The translations under genes were made by a program, and so were the position numbers. Positions 1 through 9,613 of a DNA stretch of 32,000 nucleotides are shown piece after piece; the first letter of the stretch is position 1, and each line of letters opens with the position of its first letter. The notes beneath the pieces were generated by a model. It was given only the letters and a program-made list of their open reading frames with translations. It did not search any database and was not told where the DNA came from. The stretch covers positions 3,139-35,138 of the forward strand of contig DATGGU010000179.1 in the NCBI GenBank assembly GCA_035308365.1, read 5' to 3'. Origin of the DNA: Streptosporangiaceae bacterium. GTDB taxonomy: Bacteria; Actinomycetota; Actinomycetes; Streptosporangiales; Streptosporangiaceae.

Positions 1-3000
1 ATCAGGGTGTTGTCCAGGGCCAGGTCAAGGCCGTGGTCCTGGGCCTTGGTGTTGCGCCTGGCAGCCCCGGCGGGCAGCTCGGGTACGTGCAGCACCGGGG
101 TGAGGTCGAGCCCGCTGGCCTTCCAGTGCGCGATGGCCTGGGCCGGGTCGAGCAGCTCGGCGTGGCCCACCGCCTCGGCCAGCGTGCGGAAGCCGAGTGC
201 CGCAAGGTACTCGCGGACTTCCTCGGCGATGAACTCGAAGAAGTTGACCACGAACTCCGGCTTGCCGGTGAACCGCTTGCGCAGCTCGGGGTTCTGCGTC
301 GCCACGCCCACCGGGCAGGTGTCCAGGTGGCAGACCCGCATCATCACGCAGCCGGCCACCACCAGCGGCGCGCTGGCGAAGCCGAACTCCTCGGCGCCGA
401 GCAGCGCCGCGATGATCACGTCCCGGCCGGTCTTGAGCTGCCCGTCGGTCTGCACGACGATCCGGTCCCGCAGCCCGTTGAGCAGCAGCGTCTGCTGGGT
501 CTCGGCCAGGCCGAGCTCCCAGGGCACGCCGGCGTGCTTGATGCTGGTCAGCGGGGAGGCGCCGGTGCCGCCGTCGTGACCGGAGATGAGCACCACGTCG
601 GCGTGCGCCTTGGACACTCCGGCCGCGACCGTGCCGACGCCGACCTCGGCGACCAGCTTCACGTGCACCCGGGCTGCCGGGTTGGCGTTCTTCAGGTCGT
701 GGATGAGCTGGGCCAGGTCCTCGATGGAGTAGATGTCGTGGTGTGGCGGCGGCGAGATCAGGCCCACCCCGGGGGTGGAGTACCTGGTCTTGGCGATCCA
801 CGGGTACACCTTGTGCCCGGGTAGCTGGCCGCCCTCGCCCGGCTTGGCGCCCTGGGCCATCTTGATCTGCAGGTCGTCGGCGTTGACCAGGTACTCGCTG
901 GTGACGCCGAACCGGCCGCTGGCGACCTGCTTGACCGCCGACCGGCGCAGGTCGCCGCCGGGGCCGGGCAGGTACCGGTCCGGGTCCTCGCCACCCTCGC
1001 CGGTGTTGGACTTGCCGCCGAGCCGGTTCATGGCGATGGCCAGGGTCTCATGCGCTTCCGCGGAAATCGATCCGTACGACATGGCGCCGGTGGCAAACCG
1101 GCGCACGATGTCCGCCGCCGGCTCGACTTCCTCGATGCGGACCGGCGCGCGATCACCAGGGATTTCATTTCCTGACGGATGGGGGTCGGCGCCGCGGATA
1201 CGCAGGAGTCCGCGCAGGGTCATCAGCCGCGCCGACTGGTCGTCGACCAGCCTGGTGTACTCCTTGAAGATCTCGTAGCGGCGTTCCCTGGTCGCGTGCT
1301 GGAGCTTGAACACGGTCTGCGGGTTGAACAGGTGCGGCTCGCCCTCGCGCCGCCATTGGTACTCACCGCCGGTCTCCAGGCGGCGGTGTGGCAGGCCCGC
1401 GCCGCGCGGCGGGTAGGCCATGGCGTGACGGCGCGCCGTCTCGGCGGCCAGCACGTCGAACCCGACGCCGCCGAGCCGCGAGGTGGTCCCGGCGAAGCAG
1501 GTCTCGATCACCTCGGCGCCCAGGCCGATGGCCTCGAAGATCTGGGCTCCGGTGTAGGAGGCGACGGTGGACACGCCCATCTTGGACATGATCTTGAGCA
1601 GGCCCTTGCCGAGGGCCTTGATCAGGTTGGCGGCAGCCCTGTGCTCGCCGGTGCCACCAAGCTCGCCGCGCCGGGCCAGGTCGCGCACCGTGGCGATGGC
1701 CAGGTACGGGCTGACCGCGGCCGCGCCGAACCCGGCCAGCAGCGCCACGTGGTGGCATTCGCGCACGTCGGCGGCGTCGGTGATGAGGCCGGCCCGGGTC
1801 CGGGTGCGCTCCCTGATCAGGTGGTGGTGCACCGCCCCGGTGAGCAGCAGCGAGGGGATCGGAGCCCAGCCGGGATCCGGCCGCGTGCCGGTCAGCAGGT
1901 GTGCCCGGTCGGACAGCACGATGATCCTGGCCCCGCGGCCGATGGCGGCGGACACCTCGGTGCAGATCCCGGCCAGCCGCGCCCGCAGTTCACCGCCGCC
2001 GCCGGCGACCCGGTACCGGCCGTCCACCACGTGCGCCGCGAACCCGGGCAGATCACCGGCCGCGTTGATGTTGATGATCTTCGACAGCTCGGTGTCGCTG
2101 ATCACCGGATAGGGCATGACGACCTGGCGGCAAGAGGCCGGGCCGGGCTGCAGCAGGTTCTGCTCCGGCCCGGTGACCGTGGCCAGCGAGGTCACCAGCT
2201 CCTCTCTGATGGCGTCCAGGGGCGGGTTGGTGACCTGGGCGAAGAGCTGGGTGAAGTAGTCGAAGATGAGCCTGGGCCGCTCCGACAGGGCGGCCACCGG
2301 GGTGTCGGTGCCCATGGAGCCGATCGGCTCGGCCCCGGTGCGGGCCATCGGCGCCAGCACGACCCGCAGTTCTTCCTCGGTATACCCGGACATCCGCTGC
2401 AGGGTGGCCAGCTCGGACGGCTCCGGGGCCGGCAGCGCCGGCTGGCCGGTGCCGGGCAGGTCGCCGGTGTGCAGCAGCCCGGCGTGCAGCCAGTCGGCAT
2501 AGGGGTGCCGGGCGGCCAGCGCGGACTTGACCTCGGCGTCCTCGATGATGCGGCCCTGGCCGGTGTCGGCCAGGAAGATCCGGCCCGGTTGCAGCCGGCC
2601 CTTGCGCACTACTGTTGCCGGGTCGATGTCGAGCACGCCGACCTCGCTGGCCAGCACGACGAGGCCGTCGCTGGTCACCCAGTACCGGCCCGGGCGCAGC
2701 CCGTTGCGGTCGAGCACGGCGCCGATCACCGTGCCGTCGGTGAACGCCACGCAGGCCGGGCCGTCCCAGGGTTCCATCAGTGAGGCGTGGAACCGGTAGA
2801 AGGCGCACAGCGCCGGGTCCAGGCTGACGTGGTTCTCCCAGGCCTGCGGGAGCATCATGAGCACGGCCTCGGGCAGCGAGCGGCCGCCGGCCAGGTGCAG
2901 CAGCTCCAGGCAGGCGTCGAAGCTGGCCGAGTCGCTCTCGTCCTCGCGCAGCACCGGGAACAGCCGGTCCAGGCCGCGCCCGTCGGCCGCGTCCGGGATG

Positions 3001-3875
3001 AGCTCGGTGGCCAGCATGGACTCGCGGGCGCGCATCCAGTTGCGGTTGCCCCGGATCGTATTGATCTCGCCGTTGTGCGCGATGAACCGGTAGGGGTGGG
3101 CCAGCGGCCAGGACGGGAACGTGTTGGTGGAGAACCGGGAGTGGACCAGGGCCAGCGCGCTGGTGTACCGGGGGTCGGAAAGGTCGGTGTAGAAGGCCTC
3201 GAGCTGGGTGGCGGTGAGCATCCCCTTGTACACGATCGTGCGCGAGGACAGGCTGGCGAAGTAGCTGCCGGTCTCGTGCTCGGCCCGCTTGCGCAGGCAG
3301 AACGCGAGCCGGTCCAGGTCCAGCCCGCGCTGGCCCTGGGTGCCGGCCACGAAGAGCTGGCTGAGCGTGGGCAGCACGGCCCGCGCGCCGTGGCCGCAGG
3401 CGGCCCGGTCGTGCGGCACGGCCCGCCAGCCGAGCACGCGCAGCCCCTCCTGGGCGGCGATGGCCTCAACCGCCGCCATCGCGGCGGCGCTCTCGTCCGC
3501 GCCGGGCGGCAGGAACGCGATGCCGGCCGCATAGGCGTCCCGCTGCGGCAGGGCGAACCCGCAGACGGCCCGAAGCAGCGCGTCCGGCACCTGGGTCAAG
3601 ATGCCCGCGCCGTCGCCGGTGTCCGGATCGCTGCCCTTGGCGCCGCGGTGGTCGAGGTTGCGCAGCACGGTGAGGCTCCTGGCCACGGTGTTGTGGCTGC
3701 GCCGTCCGGTCAGGTCGGCCACGAACCCCACGCCGCAGGCGTCGTGCTCGAACCGGCTGTCATACAGCCCCTGACGGGCCGGGCCGGCCGGGCCGGCCAG
3801 GAAAGAAGGTGTGCGGTACCCAGATGCGTCGGCAGTTGCCAAAATCTCTGCTCCTGTCGTCTCGTCTGCGTTCAT
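1..3875 (-). CDS. gltB: Glutamate synthase (NADPH/ferredoxin) large subunit, partial (3' end beyond window)
   Basis: Reading the minus strand from the ATG at 3875 gives [19 protein letters not shown]...[23 protein letters not shown]... (propeptide, then catalytic Cys as in class II amidotransferases), ...[33 protein letters not shown]..., and later ...[81 protein letters not shown]..., typical of GltB. The frame is open where I read it. Confidence 0.95.
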   Translation of the reverse strand, partial: MNADETTGAEILATADASGYRTPSFLAGPAGPARQGLYDSRFEHDACGVGFVADLTGRRSHNTVARSLTVLRNLDHRGAKGSDPDTGDGAGILTQVPDALLRAVCGFALPQRDAYAAGIAFLPPGADESAAAMAAVEAIAAQEGLRVLGWRAVPHDRAACGHGARAVLPTLSQLFVAGTQGQRGLDLDRLAFCLRKRAEHETGSYFASLSSRTIVYKGMLTATQLEAFYTDLSDPRYTSALALVHSRFSTNTFPSWPLAHPYRFIAHNGEINTIRGNRNWMRARESMLATELIPDAADGRGLDRLFPVLREDESDSASFDACLELLHLAGGRSLPEAVLMMLPQAWENHVSLDPALCAFYRFHASLMEPWDGPACVAFTDGTVIGAVLDRNGLRPGRYWVTSDGLVVLASEVGVLDIDPATVVRKGRLQPGRIFLADTGQGRIIEDAEVKSALAARHPYADWLHAGLLHTGDLPGTGQPALPAPEPSELATLQRMSGYTEEELRVVLAPMARTGAEPIGSMGTDTPVAALSERPRLIFDYFTQLFAQVTNPPLDAIREELVTSLATVTGPEQNLLQPGPASCRQVVMPYPVISDTELSKIININAAGDLPGFAAHVVDGRYRVAGGGGELRARLAGICTEVSAAIGRGARIIVLSDRAHLLTGTRPDPGWAPIPSLLLTGAVHHHLIRERTRTRAGLITDAADVRECHHVALLAGFGAAAVSPYLAIATVRDLARRGELGGTGEHRAAANLIKALGKGLLKIMSKMGVSTVASYTGAQIFEAIGLGAEVIETCFAGTTSRLGGVGFDVLAAETARRHAMAYPPRGAGLPHRRLETGGEYQWRREGEPHLFNPQTVFKLQHATRERRYEIFKEYTRLVDDQSARLMTLRGLLRIRGADPHPSGNEIPGDRAPVRIEEVEPAADIVRRFATGAMSYGSISAEAHETLAIAMNRLGGKSNTGEGGEDPDRYLPGPGGDLRRSAVKQVASGRFGVTSEYLVNADDLQIKMAQGAKPGEGGQLPGHKVYPWIAKTRYSTPGVGLISPPPHHDIYSIEDLAQLIHDLKNANPAARVHVKLVAEVGVGTVAAGVSKAHADVVLISGHDGGTGASPLTSIKHAGVPWELGLAETQQTLLLNGLRDRIVVQTDGQLKTGRDVIIAALLGAEEFGFASAPLVVAGCVMMRVCHLDTCPVGVATQNPELRKRFTGKPEFVVNFFEFIAEEVREYLAALGFRTLAEAVGHAELLDPAQAIAHWKASGLDLTPVLHVPELPAGAARRNTKAQDHGLDLALDNTL

Positions 3876-3945
3876 GCCGGCATACGGGACGACATTGGCC
3901 CTGCCACCAACGCCCTCGGGGGTGGCGCCGCTGAAACCCGGGGAA

Positions 3946-3974
3946 GTAACACCCGGACGTTACGGTGAGGTTAC
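3946..3974 (-). promoter_or_regulatory. Candidate GlnR-type operator upstream of gltB
   Basis: On the + strand GTTAC (3959-3963)-n6-GTTAC (3970-3974), which reads GTAAC-n6-GTAAC on the gltB strand, plus another GTAAC at 3946-3950. This fits the actinobacterial GlnR half-site consensus GTnAC-n6-GTnAC. It lies about 85-100 bp upstream of the gltB start. Confidence 0.4.
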
Positions 3975-3983
3975 CCTATTGCT

Positions 3984-4484
3984 TCAATCATGCCCGTGAC
4001 CAGCGGGTGAATAAACACCCGCGGTGGCGCCGGGGTGGACCTCGTCGCGCAGGATCCTGAGCGCGCCGAGCAGGGCGTCGAGCTGATCCGGGCTGAGCAG
4101 GCCGGTGAACCAGCGGTCGATGTCACGCAGGTGGCTGCTCAGCAGCCCGGCCAGCAGCCGGCCGCCTTCGCCGGTGAGCACCGCGTAGGCACCGCGCCGG
4201 TCCGACGGGCAGATCTCGCGGGCGGCCAGGCCGTGGTTCTCCAGCCGGTCCACCACCCGGGTCACCCCGCTGGTGGACAGTGCCGTCTGCACGGCCAGGT
4301 CGGACATGCGCAGCCGCCGGCCGTCGGAGCGGGCCAGCCGGAGCAGCACGTCGAAGTCGGTCAGGGACAGGCCCGCCGCGGTGATCGTGGGCATGACCTT
4401 GGCCTGCAGCCCGGCATAGGTCTCGGCGAGCAGCCCCATGGCGGTCAGCCGGGGGTCGTCGAAGATCGCCGTGTCCGTGGTCAC
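3984..4484 (-). CDS. MarR-family winged helix-turn-helix regulator
   Basis: MTTDTAIFDDPRLTAMGLLAETYAGLQAKVMPTITAAGLSLTDFDVLLRLARSDGRRLRMSDLAVQTALSTSGVTRVVDRLENHGLAAREICPSDRRGAYAVLTGEG..., MarR wHTH architecture with the LTxxG-SDRRGxxxxLT wing. Confidence 0.9.
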   Translation of the reverse strand: MTTDTAIFDDPRLTAMGLLAETYAGLQAKVMPTITAAGLSLTDFDVLLRLARSDGRRLRMSDLAVQTALSTSGVTRVVDRLENHGLAAREICPSDRRGAYAVLTGEGGRLLAGLLSSHLRDIDRWFTGLLSPDQLDALLGALRILRDEVHPGATAGVYSPAGHGHD

Positions 4485-4526
4485 CCCTCCATCCTAGCTG
4501 TATTTGACTCGCGGAATACTTGTGCT

Positions 4527-4539
4527 AACAATAATTGTT
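4527..4539. promoter_or_regulatory. Candidate MarR operator in the divergent marR/yceI promoter region
   Basis: Perfect palindrome AACAAT-A-ATTGTT in an AT-rich patch between the divergent MarR (start 4484) and YceI (start 4587) genes. Confidence 0.5.
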
Positions 4540-4586
4540 GACGCAATCATCCGCCCAGCAAGGACTTACTCCGAAGGAGACGTACG

Positions 4587-5171
4587 ATGACCGAGACCGC
4601 CACCGAGAGCACCCGGACCTTCCACAGCCTGACGATCCCGGCGCCGGGCACCTTCGACCTGGACCCGGCGCACACCAGGATCGGGTTCTCCGCCCGGCAC
4701 ATGATGGTCAGCAAGGTGCGCGGCCGGTTCGCCGACTTCACCGGCTCGATCACCGTGGCCGGGGAGCCGCTGGAGTCCACCGCCGAGGCCGTCATCAAGA
4801 CCGCCAGCATCGACACCGGCTCGGCCGACAGGGACCAGCACCTGATCAGCCCGGACTTCCTCGACGTGGAGAAGTTCCCGGAGATCACCTTCACCACGAC
4901 CAAGGTCATCGCCCGGCACGGCGCCGAGTTCACCGTGCTCGGCAACCTCACGATCAAGGACGTCACCCGGCCGGTCGAGCTGAAGCTCGAACTGGAGGGC
5001 GTCGGCAACAGCCCGTGGGGCAAGCAGGTGCTCGGGTACAGCATGACCACCGAGATCGACCGCGAGGACTTCGGCATCACCTGGAACGTCGCCCTGGAGA
5101 CCGGCGGCGTCCTGGTCGGCAAGACCGTCAAGATCGAAATCGAGGGCGAGGCCGTCCGCCGCGACGCCTGA
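4587..5171 (+). CDS. YceI family protein (lipocalin-like, polyisoprenoid-binding)
   Basis: MTETATESTRTFHSLTIPAPGTFDLDPAHTRIGFSARHMMVSKVRGRFADFTGSI...TFTTTKVIARHGAEFTVLGNLTIKDVTRPVELKLELEGVG..., YceI signature. Upstream sequence gaaggaga is a good RBS. Confidence 0.93.
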   Translation: MTETATESTRTFHSLTIPAPGTFDLDPAHTRIGFSARHMMVSKVRGRFADFTGSITVAGEPLESTAEAVIKTASIDTGSADRDQHLISPDFLDVEKFPEITFTTTKVIARHGAEFTVLGNLTIKDVTRPVELKLELEGVGNSPWGKQVLGYSMTTEIDREDFGITWNVALETGGVLVGKTVKIEIEGEAVRRDA

Positions 5172-5190
5172 CGCTCACCCCGTCCGCACA

Positions 5191-5364
5191 CCAAGGCGGT
5201 CGAACCGGGTTTCACCCGCCACCTGAGGGGGTCGAACCGGGTTTCGACCGCCTTGGCAGGGAGGGGGACGCGTGGTTCACCTCGGCTGCCCGGCATGGCG
5301 GTCGAACCGGGTTTCACCCGCCACATGAGGGGGTCGAACCGGGTTTCGACCGCCTTGGCAGGGA
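5191..5364. repeat. Two tandem copies of a 68-bp hairpin-forming intergenic repeat
   Basis: Copies at 5195-5262 and 5297-5364 (102 bp offset) match at 67 of 68 positions (CACCTGAGG vs CACATGAGG). Each contains two GTCGAACCGGGTTTC sub-units. Copy 1 is bounded by a perfect 14-nt inverted repeat CCAAGGCGGTCGAA (5191-5204) / TTCGACCGCCTTGG (5243-5256). Confidence 0.9.
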
Positions 5365-5409
5365 ATGGGGCGGGGCTGCTAGCGGAGGGGTGAACGTGCT
5401 GCGGGGGTT

Positions 5410-5814
5410 CTAGGTTTGCGAGCCGGGTAGCTGGCTGGACTCGATGGCGGCGGCGAGCACGGTGGGGTCGCCGGTGCGGATGTAGACCGAGGCGGCCGTG
5501 TCGGTGAACTTGATCACGTGCTCGTCGCCGTTGGCGCAGGCCCGGCCGATGACCTCGGCCACCGGATCGCTGGCCTCCGGCGGGCCGGGAAGCTCCACCG
5601 CCGGCTTGGCCTCGACCGGGGCGGTGGCGGCGGGCATTTCGTCCAGCCGCTTCAGGTAGGCGTCCACCCAGGCGGGTACCGCCTCGGCGCAGCCCCGCCT
5701 GGCCAGCACCCCGGCCGCCATCGGCCCGTGGTTGGACAGGTTGCCGCCCCATTCCGGGCCAGTGCCGTGCAGCCGGATGTAGGCCTCGTCCAGGATCTCG
5801 GTTGCCGTGCTCAC
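5410..5814 (-). CDS. Short protein related to questin oxidase / DUF4243 family, apparently N- and C-terminal segments only
   Basis: MSTATEILDEAYIRLHGTGPEWGGNLSNHGPMAAGVLARRGCAEAVPAWVDAYLKRLDEMP... resembles the questin oxidase N-terminus; ...DPVAEVIGRACANGDEHVIKFTDTAASVYIRTGDPTVLAAA... resembles its C-terminus. The ORF is only 134 aa. Confidence 0.6.
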   Translation of the reverse strand: MSTATEILDEAYIRLHGTGPEWGGNLSNHGPMAAGVLARRGCAEAVPAWVDAYLKRLDEMPAATAPVEAKPAVELPGPPEASDPVAEVIGRACANGDEHVIKFTDTAASVYIRTGDPTVLAAAIESSQLPGSQT

Positions 5815-5844
5815 GCTCGCCTCCTCAGCAGGATTGGCCCCAGC

Positions 5845-6687
5845 TTAGGAAACCCTGGTGACGCTGCCCGCGACCGCCACCGGCCGCCCGGCGGTGGGGG
5901 CCTTCCTGGTCCGGTAGAGGTACCAGGCAGCGCCGGCGAAGGCCAGCAGGGCGATCCACTCGTTGGTCCGCAGGCCGAGCAGGTGGTGGGAGTAGTCGAT
6001 CCGGACGGTCTGCACGGCGAACATGCCGACCGCGTAGACGGCCAGGTACAGCGCGAACACCCGGTCCCCGCCGAGCGTGAACCGCCGGGCCGCCCAGATC
6101 ACCACGGCGGCCGTCAGCAGGTCCCACAGCGACTGGTACAGGAAGGCCGGCTGGAAGGTCGCGAAGCTCTCGTAGCCGGTCAGCCGGTGCGACGGCCCGA
6201 TCTCCAGCGCCCACGGCAGGGTCGAGGGCCGGCCGTAGAGCTGCTGGTTGAACCAGCTGCTGCAGCTCCCGATGGCCTGGCCGATGGCGATGGCCGGGGC
6301 AGCGGCCCCGGCGACCGGGCCCAGCGGCAGCTTGGCCCGGCGGCAGGCGATCCAGCCGCCCAGGAAGCCGAGGGCCAGCCCGCCGGGCATGCCGAGCCCG
6401 CCGTCCCAGATCTTGAACATGGTGACCCAGTCGTCACGTTTGCCGAAGTAGAGCTGGTAGTCGGTGAGCACGCTGTACAGCCGGGCGCCGATGAGGCCCA
6501 GCGGGACCGCCCAGGCCGCGACGTCGGCCATCACCCCGCGCTGGCCGCCCGCCGCCTGGTACCGCCGGCCGGCCAGCCACACGGCCACGATGACCCCGGC
6601 GACCAGGCACAGCGCGTACGCCCTGACCGGGATTGGGCCGAGCTGCCACACCCCACGAGACGGGCTCGGGATGTACGCGATCGACAT
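5845..6687 (-). CDS. lgt: Prolipoprotein diacylglyceryl transferase (Lgt)-like membrane protein with divergent signature residues
   Basis: MSIAYIPSPSRGVWQLGPIPVRAYALCLVAGVIVAVWLAGRRY...PLGLIGARLYSVLTDYQLYF...FKIWDGGLGMPGG...AIGQAIGSCSSWFNQQLYG...YAVGMFAVQTVRIDYSHHLLGLRTNEW. Located directly after trpA, the conserved actinobacterial lgt position. An alternative start lies at 6699. Confidence 0.85.
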   Translation of the reverse strand: MSIAYIPSPSRGVWQLGPIPVRAYALCLVAGVIVAVWLAGRRYQAAGGQRGVMADVAAWAVPLGLIGARLYSVLTDYQLYFGKRDDWVTMFKIWDGGLGMPGGLALGFLGGWIACRRAKLPLGPVAGAAAPAIAIGQAIGSCSSWFNQQLYGRPSTLPWALEIGPSHRLTGYESFATFQPAFLYQSLWDLLTAAVVIWAARRFTLGGDRVFALYLAVYAVGMFAVQTVRIDYSHHLLGLRTNEWIALLAFAGAAWYLYRTRKAPTAGRPVAVAGSVTRVS

Positions 6688-6727
6688 GGTCAGCCACACT
6701 ACCGGTGATCGGCAGCCGGCATCTCCG

Positions 6728-7546
6728 TCACGAAGAGCTGGCGCGCGCCCTGGGCGAGCGGACGCCCGCGGCCAGCTCCGCCGCCAGGCCGGCCACGGCC
6801 GCGACCCCGGCCTGCTGGTCAGGCGCCTCGAGCAGCCGCTGCACGAACGCGGAGCCGACGATCACGCCGTCGGCGTAGCTGCCCACCGTGGCCGCCTGGG
6901 CGCCGTCCCGCACGCCGAGGCCGACCGCGACCGGCAGGGTGGTGACGTTCCTGATCCGGCCGACCAGCGCCGCCGCCTCGTCGCTCACCGCGTCGCGGAC
7001 CCCGGTCACGCCCATCCGCGAGGCCGCGTAGACGAAGCCCCGGCATGCCGAGGCGATGCGCGCGATCCGCTCATCCGGCGAGCTGACCGCGGCCAGGAAC
7101 ACCGCGTCCAGGTCGTGAGCCTGGGCGGCGGCCAGCCACGGGCCGGCCTCCTCCGGGGGCAGGTCCGGAGTGATCAGCCCCGATCCCCCGGCGGCGGCCA
7201 GGTCGGCGGCGAACGCTTCGACTCCGTACCGGTCCACCGGGTTCCAGTAGGTCATCACCAGGACCGGGACCCCGCCCCCGGCGACCACCTCCACCGTGCG
7301 CAGCACGTCGGCCACCCGGACCCCGCCGGTCAGCGCGCGGTGCACCGCCTCCTGGATGACCGGGCCGTCCATCACCGGGTCGGAGTAGGGCAGGCCAAGC
7401 TCCAGGATGTCGGCGCCCGAGCGGGCCATGGCCAGGGCGGCCTCGATGGCGCCGTCCACCGTGGGGTACCCGGCGGGCAGGTAGCCGATGACCGCCGCCC
7501 GGCCCTCGGCCGCCGCCTTCCCGAACGCGGTCCCGGCCGGGCTCAC
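6728..7546 (-). CDS. trpA: Tryptophan synthase alpha subunit
   Basis: ...[50 protein letters not shown]...; start overlaps the trpB stop (ATGA). Confidence 0.97.
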   Translation of the reverse strand: MSPAGTAFGKAAAEGRAAVIGYLPAGYPTVDGAIEAALAMARSGADILELGLPYSDPVMDGPVIQEAVHRALTGGVRVADVLRTVEVVAGGGVPVLVMTYWNPVDRYGVEAFAADLAAAGGSGLITPDLPPEEAGPWLAAAQAHDLDAVFLAAVSSPDERIARIASACRGFVYAASRMGVTGVRDAVSDEAAALVGRIRNVTTLPVAVGLGVRDGAQAATVGSYADGVIVGSAFVQRLLEAPDQQAGVAAVAGLAAELAAGVRSPRARASSS

Positions 7547-8790
7547 CGGCCGCTCCCGTCGCCGTCACCCGCCAGGCCGAACCAGCGGGCCGCGGTGTCC
7601 ATGTCCTTGTCCCCCCGGCCGGACAGGTTGACCAGCAGCAGGGCGTCCGGGCCGAGCTCGCGGCCCACCTGCAGCGCCCCGGCCAGGGCGTGCGCCGACT
7701 CGAGCGCTGGGATGATCCCCTCGGTCCGGCACAGCAGCGAAAAGGCCGCCATGGTCTGCACGTCGTCGATGGCCCGGTAGCTGGCCCGGCCGGTCTCGTG
7801 CAGCCAGGAGTGCTCGGGGCCGACACCGGGGTAGTCAAGCCCGGCCGAGATCGAATGCGTGGGCAGGGTCTGGCCGTCCTCGTCCTGCAGCAGGTAGGTG
7901 CGCATGCCGTGGATCACCCCGGCCGACCCGGCGACCAGCGTGGCCGAATGCCGCCCGGCCTGCACGCCCTCGCCGCCTGCCTCGCAGCCGATCAGCCGCA
8001 CGTCCTCGTCCGGGATGAACGCGTGGAACGCGCCGATGGCGTTCGAGCCGCCGCCGACGCAGGCGATCACCGCGTCCGGCAGCCGCCCGGTGCGGTCGAG
8101 CACCTGCTGGCGCGCCTCCTGCCCGATGATCCGCTGCAGGTCGCGCACCATCACAGGGAAAGGGTGCGGGCCCATCACCGAGCCGATGCAGTAGTGCGTG
8201 GTCGCGACCGTGGACACCCAGTCACGGAAGGCCTCGTTGATCGCGTCCTTGAGCGTCCGGCTGCCGATGGTGACCGGGACGACCTCGGCGCCGAGCATCC
8301 GCATCCTGGCCACGTTGAGCGCCTGCCGCCGGGTGTCCTCCTCGCCCATGTAGACCACGCAGTCCAGGCCGAGCAGCGCACAGGCGGTGGCGGTCGCCAC
8401 CCCGTGCTGGCCGGCCCCGGTCTCGGCGATCACCCTGGTCTTGCCCATTCGCTTGGTGAGCAGTGCCTGGCCGAGCACGTTGTTGATCTTGTGCGACCCG
8501 GTGTGGGCCAGATCCTCGCGCTTGAGCAGGACCCGGCAGCCGCCGGCCTCGGCGGCGAACCTGGGCGCCTCGGTCAGCGGCGTGGGCCGCCCGGCGTAGT
8601 CGCGCAGCAACCCGGCCAGCCCGGCCTGAAAGGCGGGGTCGGCCTGGGCGCTGGCCCAGGTCTCGGTCAGCTCGGCCAGCGCCGACATCAGCGCCTCGGG
8701 GGCGAACCGCCCCCCGAAGGGCCCGAAGTGCCCGGCCGCGTCGGGCTGGGTCAGCGTGGCCGGCCCGGTTTCCTGGGCACCGTTGCGCAT
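7543..8790 (-). CDS. trpB: Tryptophan synthase beta subunit
   Basis: ...[18 protein letters not shown]...[24 protein letters not shown]...[13 protein letters not shown].... Confidence 0.98.
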   Translation of the reverse strand: MRNGAQETGPATLTQPDAAGHFGPFGGRFAPEALMSALAELTETWASAQADPAFQAGLAGLLRDYAGRPTPLTEAPRFAAEAGGCRVLLKREDLAHTGSHKINNVLGQALLTKRMGKTRVIAETGAGQHGVATATACALLGLDCVVYMGEEDTRRQALNVARMRMLGAEVVPVTIGSRTLKDAINEAFRDWVSTVATTHYCIGSVMGPHPFPVMVRDLQRIIGQEARQQVLDRTGRLPDAVIACVGGGSNAIGAFHAFIPDEDVRLIGCEAGGEGVQAGRHSATLVAGSAGVIHGMRTYLLQDEDGQTLPTHSISAGLDYPGVGPEHSWLHETGRASYRAIDDVQTMAAFSLLCRTEGIIPALESAHALAGALQVGRELGPDALLLVNLSGRGDKDMDTAARWFGLAGDGDGSGR

Positions 8791-8803
8791 CTCTGAATCC
8801 TAT

Positions 8804-9613
8804 TTAACGCCGGTCACCGCGCAGTGCCGGATGGGAGCCGGCGGTGACGAGATCGGCCACGGCGGCGCGCGGGTCCTTCCCGGTCACCAGGCTCTCCCCG
8901 ACCAGCACCGCGTCGGCGCCGGCCGCCGCATAGGCCAGCAGGTCGTGCGGGCCGCGCACGCCAGATTCGGCGATCTTGATGATGCCGTCCGGGATGAGCG
9001 GGGCGATCCGGGCGAACGTGCTGCGGTCCACCTCGAGCGTGGCCAGGTCCCTGGCGTTGACCCCGATCACCCTGGCGCCGGCGTCGACGGCCCGGTCCAG
9101 CTCTTCCTCGGTGTGCACCTCGACCAGCGGGAGCAGGCCGATCGACACCGCCCGCTCGACCAGCGAGACGAGCGCGTTCTGCTCCAGCACCGAGACCATC
9201 AGCAGGGCCATGTCGGCGCCGTGGGCGCGTGCCTCCCAGAGCTGGTAGGAGCCGACGATGAAGTCCTTGCGCAGCACGGGCGTCCGCACGGCGCTGCGCA
9301 CCGCGTCCAGATCGGCCAGGCTGCCGCCGAACCGTCTGCCCTCGGTCAGCACACTGATCACCCGTGCACCACCGGCCGCGTAGTCCATGGCGAGTGCGGC
9401 CGGGTCGTCGATCGCCGCCATCCGGCCCCTGGATGGGCTGCCCCGCTTCACCTCGGCGATGACGCACACGTCATCGCCGCTCAGCGCGGCCAGCGCATCT
9501 CGCGGTGACGGCGCACGCCGCGCCATCTCCTTCAGCCGGTCGAGCGCGACCTCCCGCTGCCGCTGCTCGAGGTCGGCGCGGACGCCTTCCAGGATGTCAT
9601 CGAGCACGCTCAC
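8804..9613 (-). CDS. trpC: Indole-3-glycerol-phosphate synthase
   Basis: [22 protein letters not shown]...[47 protein letters not shown]...; GTG start overlaps the upstream gene's stop (GTGA). Confidence 0.97.
   Translation of the reverse strand: MSVLDDILEGVRADLEQRQREVALDRLKEMARRAPSPRDALAALSGDDVCVIAEVKRGSPSRGRMAAIDDPAALAMDYAAGGARVISVLTEGRRFGGSLADLDAVRSAVRTPVLRKDFIVGSYQLWEARAHGADMALLMVSVLEQNALVSLVERAVSIGLLPLVEVHTEEELDRAVDAGARVIGVNARDLATLEVDRSTFARIAPLIPDGIIKIAESGVRGPHDLLAYAAAGADAVLVGESLVTGKDPRAAVADLVTAGSHPALRGDRR

Noticed and set aside
1179-3968. Long plus-strand ORFs (534 aa and 393 aa) opposite gltB
   Set aside because: gltB reads cleanly on the minus strand over the same region; these are complement artefacts.
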